A DNA stretch of 64,000 nt, taken from positions 3,286,001 through 3,350,000 of the forward strand of contig SMSO01000034.1 in assembly GCA_004764695.1 (NCBI GenBank), in the 5' to 3' direction. The position numbers and the translations under genes were made by a program. Source of the stretch: Schizochytrium sp. TIO01. Lineage: Eukaryota; Protista; Bigyra: Labyrinthulomycetes. Below are positions 29,592 to 38,791 of this stretch, one piece after another. The notes below the pieces were generated by a model, which was not told the origin of the DNA, made no database searches, and was given only the letters and a program-made list of their open reading frames with translations. Each line of letters begins with the position of its first letter. The stretch's first letter is position 1.

Positions 29592-32294
29592 TCACGGCCT
29601 AGGTCCTACAACTGGCACATCGAGTTCAACCTGAAGGACTTGACGCACGTGGTGCCGGGTTAAAGCTGAGTTAGACTTGGTGCGCGTGAGGATTAAACGA
29701 TAAATAAAGGTAACTAACTTAGCTGCACAAGTAGCTCGTGCATGCTGATCAAGCTTGTTTTTGGCAAGCCGCAACACAATTGCCAAGTTATGCTTGGCAA
29801 TGTGTACTGGATTGATTGAGCGGTCAAAGAGTAGCGGCGCACAACGCAATGAAATTATCTGAGCAGCTTCACGAAGTTGGACTCCTACCGGAGTCGGATT
29901 AGCCATTACTTGTGGTTTCTTTGTGCTACGGAAATTGAGTCGGGATTCGTCTAAAGTTACAGTTAAATCACTCGAGTTGAAAAGATAGCCGCACCAAGGG
30001 ATCTTCACCTGATCAGGGGAGGATACTACGGTCTTTGACGCTTTTACACGCAAACCAAAGTCAGGAAACCCCCGTTCCATGGCCAGCTGGAAAGAACGAA
30101 GTCGATCTGGATTTGTGCTTATCACTAGAAAATCATCCAACATCCGGACACACAACGCTGAAGCAGGACCCTCCTGAGATTGTCCGGGATTCTTGTCGGA
30201 GTTTTCCTGAGAAAATAATATAGGATCGACATACAGCTTCTCAAACTGGTCAATACAGATGGAGCATAACAGCGAACTCAATATCGAGCCTTGTGGGATT
30301 CCACGGCCTTGGCAAAATGTCCTTGCGCCGAACTTTGTAAGGTGCGTTTTTATATGCTGAGAAACCTTGCGAGTAATCTCTGAACGGCCAACATGCCATC
30401 CTTCTGCGCGATCGATCAAAATACAGCTCGCTGTATTATTGCGAGCGCGATCAAATATAGTACGAAATATAGGTTCCGCATCTCCGGCATCTAAACCTTG
30501 GAGGTTCACCTCAACATGTTTGTGTGCAATGCTCCTAATACGCTTCGTGAGTTTATTATTCATGAATACTTGATTATAACCTGTTATTGTATAGTCTTCC
30601 TGTTTTAAAATGCCAGAAACAGCTTGGCACACCTTACTTTGGTCTAAGTTGTCAAAACACTTTTCTACATCCATCGTTAAGATGTGCATTTCTCTTGACC
30701 TGCCACCAAGGCCTTGGACAAAGTTTTTGTACACCAAATAAAACTCATTCAAGCCTAGAATTTGCGGCCTGGCTGGATTTAGGTCACGTTGAGGGTTGCG
30801 GAATTCAGCTTTCAATACATGCGAGACGAATGCAAGGCGAAAGTTACTCCCTTTGCAGTTCATAATTGGTCGTAAGCCACCGTTTGCTTTAGGTACAAAA
30901 CGTAGTTTACTTATCTGGTTTGCTGGAACACTAGCTGAAGTTGCTAAGAGCGGCTTTAAGATACCCGTGTTTTGCATGGACTTAATCTCTTTTTGACATA
31001 CGGCATCCCACAGAGTTTTGCGGAAATACAATAGCGTTGATCCAGTTCCTGTACCTTCTGTGCAATAGAAACAAACCTTTGTGAGAGGCACTATTAAACG
31101 CTCAAAAAGCCAGACTACGAGACACTCGGGCAGTCCAATGCGTTCAGCTTCTTGGCTTAAATTGAAGTTTGCGTTTCGAGACAGGTGGGCAAATGTATGA
31201 ACTGCTTCAAGAAGACGCCGACGGGTTCGGCGCTGGGATGTCAGAGGCGCTCGCCCAAGAAGTCGTAAGAGAACAGCTTTCAAAAACTCTGACACGGAGC
31301 GCGGCGGGATTTGAAGAGACATGATGTTTTCATTCTCTGTCTCAAGACTTTTGGACCATGCTGTTGCTGGGCAGTAACGACGCAGTAGTCCACCATATGG
31401 ACACCGACGGTGATTTTTCAGAAGAACGCCACACCAAACCCGATAATTTCTAATCTCATTGTAACCAAGATTTGATGGATGGTTGCCAAGAATAGTTTTT
31501 GCAAGGCGTCGTGCTGTCATATCTTTATCATTCAATTCGTGAAGTTTCGGCAATCCAACGTGACGATTAAAGTTAGCGGCGTATAACATTTCCCGTCGAT
31601 CCAGAACTTTATACTCACGGACGACTTTCCTACCTGGATCTTGATTTGTTTGTATCAACAATTCCTCTGTTTGTTGTGGTGTAGTTGAGTCTATGAGCGG
31701 CCCTGCTGACCATACTTGCGCGCTCAGCAAAGGTCCAGTCAGCTGGACTTTGGTTCGCTTGCCATGAAACATTGCAGTATCGAGCAATAAATGTTGCATG
31801 AAATGATCGCCTACAGCATCATGCAGAGTGCTCCACGCATGGTTTTTAAGGAACTTTAAAACAGCATTGTTGCCACCTCCATGCTTTAGAGCTACATGTT
31901 TGCCTGCAACGCGGCCGAGACGCTTGCCAAGAGCCAAGACGCTGCGTTTGTGATAATTTCCGCTTCCCGAACCCTGCTTTAGTGCAATCAGCACACATGC
32001 GTCTACAAAGTCAGCATGCAAGTTACCGGGAGAACCAAGAATCTCTGATGCAATTCCGTCAGAATTCTGCGCATCCGAAACGATTCTGTACGCACGTAAA
32101 GGAAGCACTCTTACAGAGTTGAGTTTTTGTGGCCAAGAGAACTCTTTCACACTGCTACAGTGACGTCTTACGTAGACTTCGAGGGCTACACTCTGCAAAG
32201 ATGCCAAGTTCTCGTTGCTAGAGAGGACACCGATCTCGCGATGTCCAGCTCGTATATGCTTGCGCAGCAAGTGATGGCACAGAGCGTCTGACAT
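29592..32294 (-). CDS. TERT: Telomerase reverse transcriptase, about 900 aa, intronless
   Basis: CP-like CPYGGLLRRYCP, QFP-like VSEFLKAVLLRLL, T motif FYCTE...LLYFRKTLW, motifs 1/2 KLRFVPK...LRPIMN, motif A ILTMDVEKCFDNL, B' QGRGIPQGSILSSLLC, C RMLDDFLVIS and E IPWCGYLFN. First ATG at 32294; the ORF track starts at TTG 32303. Confidence 0.95.
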   Translation of the reverse strand: MSDALCHHLLRKHIRAGHREIGVLSSNENLASLQSVALEVYVRRHCSSVKEFSWPQKLNSVRVLPLRAYRIVSDAQNSDGIASEILGSPGNLHADFVDACVLIALKQGSGSGNYHKRSVLALGKRLGRVAGKHVALKHGGGNNAVLKFLKNHAWSTLHDAVGDHFMQHLLLDTAMFHGKRTKVQLTGPLLSAQVWSAGPLIDSTTPQQTEELLIQTNQDPGRKVVREYKVLDRREMLYAANFNRHVGLPKLHELNDKDMTARRLAKTILGNHPSNLGYNEIRNYRVWCGVLLKNHRRCPYGGLLRRYCPATAWSKSLETENENIMSLQIPPRSVSEFLKAVLLRLLGRAPLTSQRRTRRRLLEAVHTFAHLSRNANFNLSQEAERIGLPECLVVWLFERLIVPLTKVCFYCTEGTGTGSTLLYFRKTLWDAVCQKEIKSMQNTGILKPLLATSASVPANQISKLRFVPKANGGLRPIMNCKGSNFRLAFVSHVLKAEFRNPQRDLNPARPQILGLNEFYLVYKNFVQGLGGRSREMHILTMDVEKCFDNLDQSKVCQAVSGILKQEDYTITGYNQVFMNNKLTKRIRSIAHKHVEVNLQGLDAGDAEPIFRTIFDRARNNTASCILIDRAEGWHVGRSEITRKVSQHIKTHLTKFGARTFCQGRGIPQGSILSSLLCSICIDQFEKLYVDPILFSQENSDKNPGQSQEGPASALCVRMLDDFLVISTNPDRLRSFQLAMERGFPDFGLRVKASKTVVSSPDQVKIPWCGYLFNSSDLTVTLDESRLNFRSTKKPQVMANPTPVGVQLREAAQIISLRCAPLLFDRSINPVHIAKHNLAIVLRLAKNKLDQHARATCAAKLVTFIYRLILTRTKSNSALTRHHVRQVLQVELDVPVVGPRP

Positions 32295-32713
32295 GTTTCG
32301 CAAGGTCAGGCTTATCTTGAATCCTGGCTCTAAGAGCGATTAACAATGTCAGCAGTGTGAAGAGACACTGGTGGTAAGACGTTTCGCCCAGGGTGCAAGG
32401 AGCTTATATTTGTTGATCAGCATGTGCGAGCCAATACGTGTTTGTTGAGTTTCAACCTGCTTGATTGGTATTTGTCATGACACCAGTATAAGTTTTATTT
32501 ATACTTATAATATCTATATTTATATATAGGTCTATATGCCTGTTTACTATCACTTTTTGAAAAGTAATTTAAAATTTGTTTTCTTAATTTTAAACTTAAA
32601 TGAAAAAAGCAATTGTGATGATGTTCACGTTGATAGAAAATTATAATATTGAAACATTTTTTATTCGACGCCTAAATTAAACCCATATATCGAAAATTGG
32701 GTCAAAGTTTACT

Positions 32714-35700
32714 CTAGGGAGCAGTGACGCACTTATCAAAATAGTTATTAAGGGCCTCGTGAAAGAAAACCTTATTTCTGGAATGGACTGCGTTGTCTTG
32801 ATATGTGTATCTTCTATACCAAATTTCATCACCAGTGTCACCAGCAGAGGATTCCACGCCATTTTTGTCCTTCTGGGCTGGCTCTACTTTGTACTCATCA
32901 AGCTTCTTGAGTGCAAACTCCTGCGCCTGCTCGAAATCAACAATGCCCCGAGGGCAATGCGAAGACATTACTTTCTCCAAATTAGACTGCAATGGGTGAT
33001 CTTGCGGGCTTGATAGGTACGTGGCATATCTCTCTGCGCTTCCCTGTCCATACCCGTAGTAAACTCCATATTGCCAGTTGGTCTTAGTCTCAAAAATGAC
33101 CTCCTTACTAGCAGATCCTTGCTTGAGAATGTACACGAGATTCACCTTCTTTTCGGCATACTGATCAAGGACAGTCATACCAGAACCGTCTTCTTCCCAG
33201 AGATCAGCAAATTTGAAGTATTTGAGAAGCAAGTTAATCTTGTCAGCATTCCCTTGCGAATTTACGTTTTCAGAGTTGATTGCGGTTTGTAGCATCTTCG
33301 TGTTGATCCAGCCATCAGAGACTACGGATTCGAACAGTTTCTCCAAAAGGTCAGGCGGTGCGACAGAGAACAAGAACTGGAAACATGATATGCCCTCCTT
33401 GTTGCGGTGTCTCATCGCACGGAGAAGCTCCTTTGAACCGCATACTTCTTGCACCGCCGCAATCGCTGCAGCAACTCTGCGTTTGTCAATCTTATTAGTA
33501 TAATAATTAACCTTGCGTTCCTGGCACATGGTATGCAATGCATTGCAGCCCGTTTGGGGGTCAGTTGCATGCGGGTTTGCACCAAGTTCTAGCAGGCGTC
33601 GAAATAACGCGCTGGAGCCTAGTTGAGCTGCGTAAATGATTGGAGTGATGTAAAGAACTTCTGACCCCCCAGGTCCAGGTACAAAATCAGGGTCATTGGG
33701 GGACTTGGACTTCTTAGACTTCTTGCGAGCATCTATAATTGCGCATGGCTCATTAAGTAGATCTGTTCGCATATCAAGCACGTTTTCTAGGAAAGCGACC
33801 TGGAGACCCTCCAGAGCACTATAAATCACGTTATACCCAAGAGGACCACATTGAACCGGTACGTGGAGACATGTGCGACCAATGATGGCAGCAAGAAGTT
33901 GAGCAGGTGTGTCAATGCGATCAGCTAGACTTGGTTCGGCAATTAAATGAAGTAGAGTGCCATCATACAATTTTTCGAGAGCCTTTTCCGCAAAATTGAG
34001 CACACGTTTGCTCGCAAAGGATGTCGTTGCTGTCAGGAAAGTCTCAAAGTCCTCGACAAGGTCTTCAAGGTTGGTCATAAGCCAGGCGAAGACTTTACGG
34101 CTTCCATAAAAGGCAGCTTTGTTGATCCACAAAGGCTCAAGAGCTTCAGAGTTGTACTTTGTAGTACTTTTAAACCGGTCTCCGCCCTTGGATGTCTCAA
34201 TAACCGTGGTCATACCTGTGTAATAGTCTTGTGCAGCCCTTGCTATCTTAAAGCATTCTCCTAGGTTCATAGCCCGAGAGTTTGAAGTCCAAGCTACTGA
34301 TCCGCCACCAGTGAGACGGGTCAAGGACCTGAGAGCTTCCACGTTGTCCAGTGCGATGGCAAAATCTGTGATATTATTCGACAAACACCACGCAAATACT
34401 TGCTTTCGAAGAGGGGTTTGCGCTGACGACTGGTCCACGATATCAAGATCTAGAGTGTAGTTCAATAGGAGCTCAAGCAGCTTGATATCGTTGCGGAGCA
34501 CAGCAATCTTGAGAGTATCAATAATGTACGAGCCCATATTCTTTGTGAATCCACCTTCTACTCTCACCTCTTCAACATGCGACATGAACAAACGAACATG
34601 ATCCGGCAATAAAGTAGAGACAAAGTCCTCTTTGAAGGAAAAAGTGCAACGTATGATATCAAATTTCGGCAAAAGAATTGCCATAGGTTTTCTTTCAAGT
34701 GCTTCAGCTGCTTCATCTCTCTTACGAATTGCATCCGCGCGATTTGTATCAAGATCTAGGTTGTCATCCAGCACAAGGTCTTCATCCCGTCCCTCGTCAT
34801 CATCGTCAGAATCACTTGATCCATCTTCAAGACGAGCAGCAAGCTTCATGTTGTCAATGCGCATTGCACGCACAGGCACCTTTCTTGCTCTTTTCACAGG
34901 ACCCTCGTCGCTGTCGCTGTCGCTGTCGCTGTCACTTTCATCTTCATCTTCATCATCGTCATTATCTGCATCTTCCCAGGCCTGCTTTTTACGCCGAACC
35001 CAGTCGCGATCAAGGATTTGGAGCATTTCAGACACTACTGGTGTAGGATCTTCCAAGATTGCACAGACATAACCCAGCAGTGAGTTCTTTCTCGCATCAC
35101 GGACTAGCAGCAACGGAAAAGGCAAATCCGTGCGTTGTAAGGCATCCATCAAAGTAGAGCGATCTTGCGAGAATACGGAAGCAAATGTTTGGAACAGAAA
35201 CTCCTGCATATTTTCAGGCGCGGCAGTGTTCTGTACCTGGCGGTAGCGATTTCTGTAATCGTCGCGATCGTAGAATTTCATCCAGTATGAGTATTGTTGT
35301 GCCGGGGCTTGGAGTTCGAAGCCTCTGAAAAGTTGATTCTCAATCTGAACGATATACTCCTCTTTTGTGATTGTCTTTTTGAGTTTCTTGTCCTCACCAT
35401 CTGGGGATTGTTCAGCTGCCATTCGGGCAGCACTTGCAGCAGCTTCTGCAGAAGCTCCATTACTTGTAAGTCCAGCAATTAGACGAGGCACGCTCGAGCG
35501 CTTGGAAGTACTGATATTACGCAGAAATCCGCGCATGGAACGACGAGCACTTAATCGTGCAGGCTTCATTGGAACAGCAGGGGGCTCCCATCCTCTCGTA
35601 ACAGCGATTGAAGCACTTAAAATATCGAGGCGTGCAATAAAGGCCTCCGTAATTTCAATAACGCGGTCAAGAGAGAGTTGCCTTTCGTAGGCATCGGAAG

Positions 35701-38700
35701 TTGGATTCAGGTTTCCCCATTCTGCAATCTGCAGACTTTGTGCCTCCTGCTGGACAAGGTAGCCTGCATAGGTATTCGAATCTGGATACTTCCTTGAAAC
35801 CGCTTGAAGAGCCTCGCAATATGTTGCCTTGTTAACATCTGTTCGTAGGCTTTCTTTCTCTTCGAGAATTTGTTTTCGCAGAAGCTTAAGGACATCGAGT
35901 ACTGTACCTTTCTGTCCTTCAGTTGGTTCCTTCTCGCCATAGTATCTGCTGTTGCCGCTCAAAACCTTCGTACAAAATGTAAGATTGCTCATGTCATATT
36001 CTTGCTCCCATAGTTTCTCACTTGCCCCTTGATCCATTATCCATTGAAACATCGCTGCAGCGTTATCGACGCGAGCGCGCAACTGCATCATGAACTCTGC
36101 AGACACAGACTCATCGTCATAGAGACTGCCAACAACGGCAAGATCATCGCAGGCATTCATGTATGCGTCTCTCGATGGAATCTCAAGCTCGTTGTCTCGA
36201 CTTTCAAACCTGTATCGATTGTGTTGAAATATTTCTGCCCTGTTGAAGGGATCGAGCATTTGCGCGGTGGCAAGAAGAAGATGCTCACAGGAACGCGCAA
36301 GACAGTTCATGACCTGATCAATCTTCAATGTATTGAAGGCATTTTTCCGAGAACTGTACCACCACGCGGAGGAGAGATTTCCACTCTGCGACGCAAGAAG
36401 ACGAGCATTTGTGACAATTTCTTCTGAAACACCCATGCTGGGGAACTTCGAGTAAAGAAACTTTGCGCAGTCAGTCGACCCGGAAGCCACAGCGGCAATC
36501 AAAGGTGTGTGGAAACTCAGGTCAAGTGTTTTAAGCAAGGTGTCCAACAGTTTCGGGTCCCGGGCCTCCAGACCTTTCACCACCGCCTGTAGTAGTTCAA
36601 TGTTGTTGATTCTGGCAAGAACATGGAGAACAGTAATGTAGTTGCGATCGAAACACATGCTGGAGAGGGTGGCACATCCATTATCAAGCAGAAGTTCTGT
36701 CAAAGCAACCAATTTTTCTCCCGGGGGAATCATCGTAATGAGCGGGACAGCCACTTGCTCACTCCAGTTCAATTGGAAATCCCTACGAAACTCTGGAAAG
36801 AGAACAGAGGTGTCTTGCAGTGTAATCAACGAATTGGGTGATGCCTTGTAGTCGTTAATGAGAACTCTGGCCGCATCAATATTACCCATAATCACTGCAA
36901 GTTCTAGAGGCATAAGCTTGGTGTTGAACGTCTTCACATTGATGGCATCTGACACTCCAATAATTCGTGGCGGAATGATTCCCTTGGCTTGCATTTCGTC
37001 TTTTGTAGCTTGTGGCAGGTCGTCATATTCCTCACGGGCTTTCATCATATATTTGATAGCAGAAAGCATAGCCTTCACCACGCTGACGCGATTATACTCG
37101 ACGGCCAAATGAAGAGCAGAACGGCCGTCTGGCAAGCGAAGAGTTGGGTCCACAAGATGGTGCTCGAGAAGAAATTCACAAGCTTCGTTTGAACCTGCCA
37201 TGATACCAACGTGTAGAGGGCTTCGCCCGACATAATCACGCTGATGCATATTCCACTCGTCGCTAATATCGTCAAAAATCTTCTTCAGCGTGTCTACGTC
37301 ATTTTCATTTACTGCACAGACCACATCACTAGTGTTTTGGTCGAAGTATGCACCTCGACTCCAATCAGTTTCCGTGATGGGGTTAAAACTGCCGATCTGT
37401 TGCTGGCCTGGGTCATCTTGCATCCAGGTCAGTGGCCCGCGAACGTAGCTGCGCAATTCCGAGGCTGGAACATCATCGGGTAGCTCTGGGTCATTGGGAG
37501 AACAATCTTGTAGAATCTCAGCTGCCGTTCCAAAGAAGCATGGGTGTAGATAGTACGAGCGCGATTTGCGGAAGAATTTGCTATTAAACGCAATATCTTT
37601 GTTCTTCATAAGTTTGAGAACTTTACGTGCAGTGTAGGACTCACCCCAAGGAAGAAAGACAGTGGCATAATTTGAACTCTCTCCTGCACCTCCAGATTTT
37701 TCAATACGCTCCAACTGACCAAAGTCACGATAGCGACGTCCCAAACGCATCACCTTCCCACTTTGAACCTGGTTACGGGTTTGGTACTCCAGACGGGCTT
37801 CAGCAGAACGCAGCCGGTCAAGTACAATGAGACGCTGCAAACCGATGAGTAGAGACCAAGGCTTATCGAAAATATTAGGATCCACCTGTTCCGGTTTGTA
37901 GTCTGGAATCAACACCTCAAAGCCACGAACACCATATTTTGCCAGACGCATCTCGTAAGAAGGACTCCGTCGACTCATGTCAATAGTATTAGCTCCAAGC
38001 ATCAACGCACTATGGCCACGAGGCGTGGTATATACCTGCTTGCCGTCATATAAAATTGTGCAACTGTCAACGTCGAAGCCAGCTAGAACCTCGTATGGGC
38101 TGCTGTAGATGCGAAGCACGACCTGAACATGGCGGTAAGGATACTGAGATACCATGGACACAGCATTGGCTGAGCGGAAGCAAATGACCTCAAATGGGCA
38201 TGCTGCGCACACTGCATCATATATATCCAGAAGCTTTTGGTTAGCTTGCTCTGGTGTGAGTGCATAAAGAAAGAGATCAATGTCACTTGCACCGTATGCG
38301 ACGTCATGAAAGTAAGAGCGCTTCTGCAAGAGAGAGTCTGTATACTGTTCGGGAACAGTTTGAACACATGCAGAGATAGCGCCACCAGCGGCGACAACAT
38401 TGTTCCAGTCAAGATACTGAAGAGCATTGCAGCAAAAGATTTGCATAAATTGCTGCTGGAAGTCCTTCAAGAGAGGAACCGTCGGAGGGCTAGCCCAGCG
38501 CTTTTTGCGCTCGTCGTCAGACCATTGAAAGAGCCGTGGAACTTCAAGTTCCTTGCTCTCAAAGATTTTACGCTTCTTCAGGAGGGTAGCACCGCCTTCA
38601 CTCTCATCTTGAAACAAAGGCAAAAGTCCTTTATACGGATCATCTAGTTCTGGTACTTCATGCGAGTCGCGCTTACGTGCGAACAGCACACGATCTTCAT

Positions 38701-38791
38701 TCTCAAGGCGTTGCGCCTCTTGAAGCAATTCAACTCGTTCTTCGTACGATTTCGCCTCAGCGTACTTTTCAAGATATGCTTCGCCGTCCAT
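32714..38791 (-). CDS. Large protein with an N-terminal nucleotidyltransferase-like (GG...DxD) domain and two ankyrin-repeat clusters, 2025 aa
   Basis: NTase-like segment at about aa 130-295: NVVAAGGAISAC, SDIDLFLY, VQVVLR, GFDVDSC, RRSPSYEMRLAKYGVRGF. Ankyrin repeats include GRSPLHVGI, GRSALHLAV, LMPLELAV, HTPLIAAV, ITPIIYAA...LLELGANPHATD and GCNALH. Acidic linker near aa 1270-1350. Long uninterrupted ORF. Confidence 0.9.
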   Translation of the reverse strand: MDGEAYLEKYAEAKSYEERVELLQEAQRLENEDRVLFARKRDSHEVPELDDPYKGLLPLFQDESEGGATLLKKRKIFESKELEVPRLFQWSDDERKKRWASPPTVPLLKDFQQQFMQIFCCNALQYLDWNNVVAAGGAISACVQTVPEQYTDSLLQKRSYFHDVAYGASDIDLFLYALTPEQANQKLLDIYDAVCAACPFEVICFRSANAVSMVSQYPYRHVQVVLRIYSSPYEVLAGFDVDSCTILYDGKQVYTTPRGHSALMLGANTIDMSRRSPSYEMRLAKYGVRGFEVLIPDYKPEQVDPNIFDKPWSLLIGLQRLIVLDRLRSAEARLEYQTRNQVQSGKVMRLGRRYRDFGQLERIEKSGGAGESSNYATVFLPWGESYTARKVLKLMKNKDIAFNSKFFRKSRSYYLHPCFFGTAAEILQDCSPNDPELPDDVPASELRSYVRGPLTWMQDDPGQQQIGSFNPITETDWSRGAYFDQNTSDVVCAVNENDVDTLKKIFDDISDEWNMHQRDYVGRSPLHVGIMAGSNEACEFLLEHHLVDPTLRLPDGRSALHLAVEYNRVSVVKAMLSAIKYMMKAREEYDDLPQATKDEMQAKGIIPPRIIGVSDAINVKTFNTKLMPLELAVIMGNIDAARVLINDYKASPNSLITLQDTSVLFPEFRRDFQLNWSEQVAVPLITMIPPGEKLVALTELLLDNGCATLSSMCFDRNYITVLHVLARINNIELLQAVVKGLEARDPKLLDTLLKTLDLSFHTPLIAAVASGSTDCAKFLYSKFPSMGVSEEIVTNARLLASQSGNLSSAWWYSSRKNAFNTLKIDQVMNCLARSCEHLLLATAQMLDPFNRAEIFQHNRYRFESRDNELEIPSRDAYMNACDDLAVVGSLYDDESVSAEFMMQLRARVDNAAAMFQWIMDQGASEKLWEQEYDMSNLTFCTKVLSGNSRYYGEKEPTEGQKGTVLDVLKLLRKQILEEKESLRTDVNKATYCEALQAVSRKYPDSNTYAGYLVQQEAQSLQIAEWGNLNPTSDAYERQLSLDRVIEITEAFIARLDILSASIAVTRGWEPPAVPMKPARLSARRSMRGFLRNISTSKRSSVPRLIAGLTSNGASAEAAASAARMAAEQSPDGEDKKLKKTITKEEYIVQIENQLFRGFELQAPAQQYSYWMKFYDRDDYRNRYRQVQNTAAPENMQEFLFQTFASVFSQDRSTLMDALQRTDLPFPLLLVRDARKNSLLGYVCAILEDPTPVVSEMLQILDRDWVRRKKQAWEDADNDDDEDEDESDSDSDSDSDEGPVKRARKVPVRAMRIDNMKLAARLEDGSSDSDDDDEGRDEDLVLDDNLDLDTNRADAIRKRDEAAEALERKPMAILLPKFDIIRCTFSFKEDFVSTLLPDHVRLFMSHVEEVRVEGGFTKNMGSYIIDTLKIAVLRNDIKLLELLLNYTLDLDIVDQSSAQTPLRKQVFAWCLSNNITDFAIALDNVEALRSLTRLTGGGSVAWTSNSRAMNLGECFKIARAAQDYYTGMTTVIETSKGGDRFKSTTKYNSEALEPLWINKAAFYGSRKVFAWLMTNLEDLVEDFETFLTATTSFASKRVLNFAEKALEKLYDGTLLHLIAEPSLADRIDTPAQLLAAIIGRTCLHVPVQCGPLGYNVIYSALEGLQVAFLENVLDMRTDLLNEPCAIIDARKKSKKSKSPNDPDFVPGPGGSEVLYITPIIYAAQLGSSALFRRLLELGANPHATDPQTGCNALHTMCQERKVNYYTNKIDKRRVAAAIAAVQEVCGSKELLRAMRHRNKEGISCFQFLFSVAPPDLLEKLFESVVSDGWINTKMLQTAINSENVNSQGNADKINLLLKYFKFADLWEEDGSGMTVLDQYAEKKVNLVYILKQGSASKEVIFETKTNWQYGVYYGYGQGSAERYATYLSSPQDHPLQSNLEKVMSSHCPRGIVDFEQAQEFALKKLDEYKVEPAQKDKNGVESSAGDTGDEIWYRRYTYQDNAVHSRNKVFFHEALNNYFDKCVTAP

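Noticed and set aside
29592-32294. RT ORF as a retrotransposon or Penelope-like element
   Set aside because: It has the telomerase-specific T and CP motifs, and no endonuclease, LTR or TSD.
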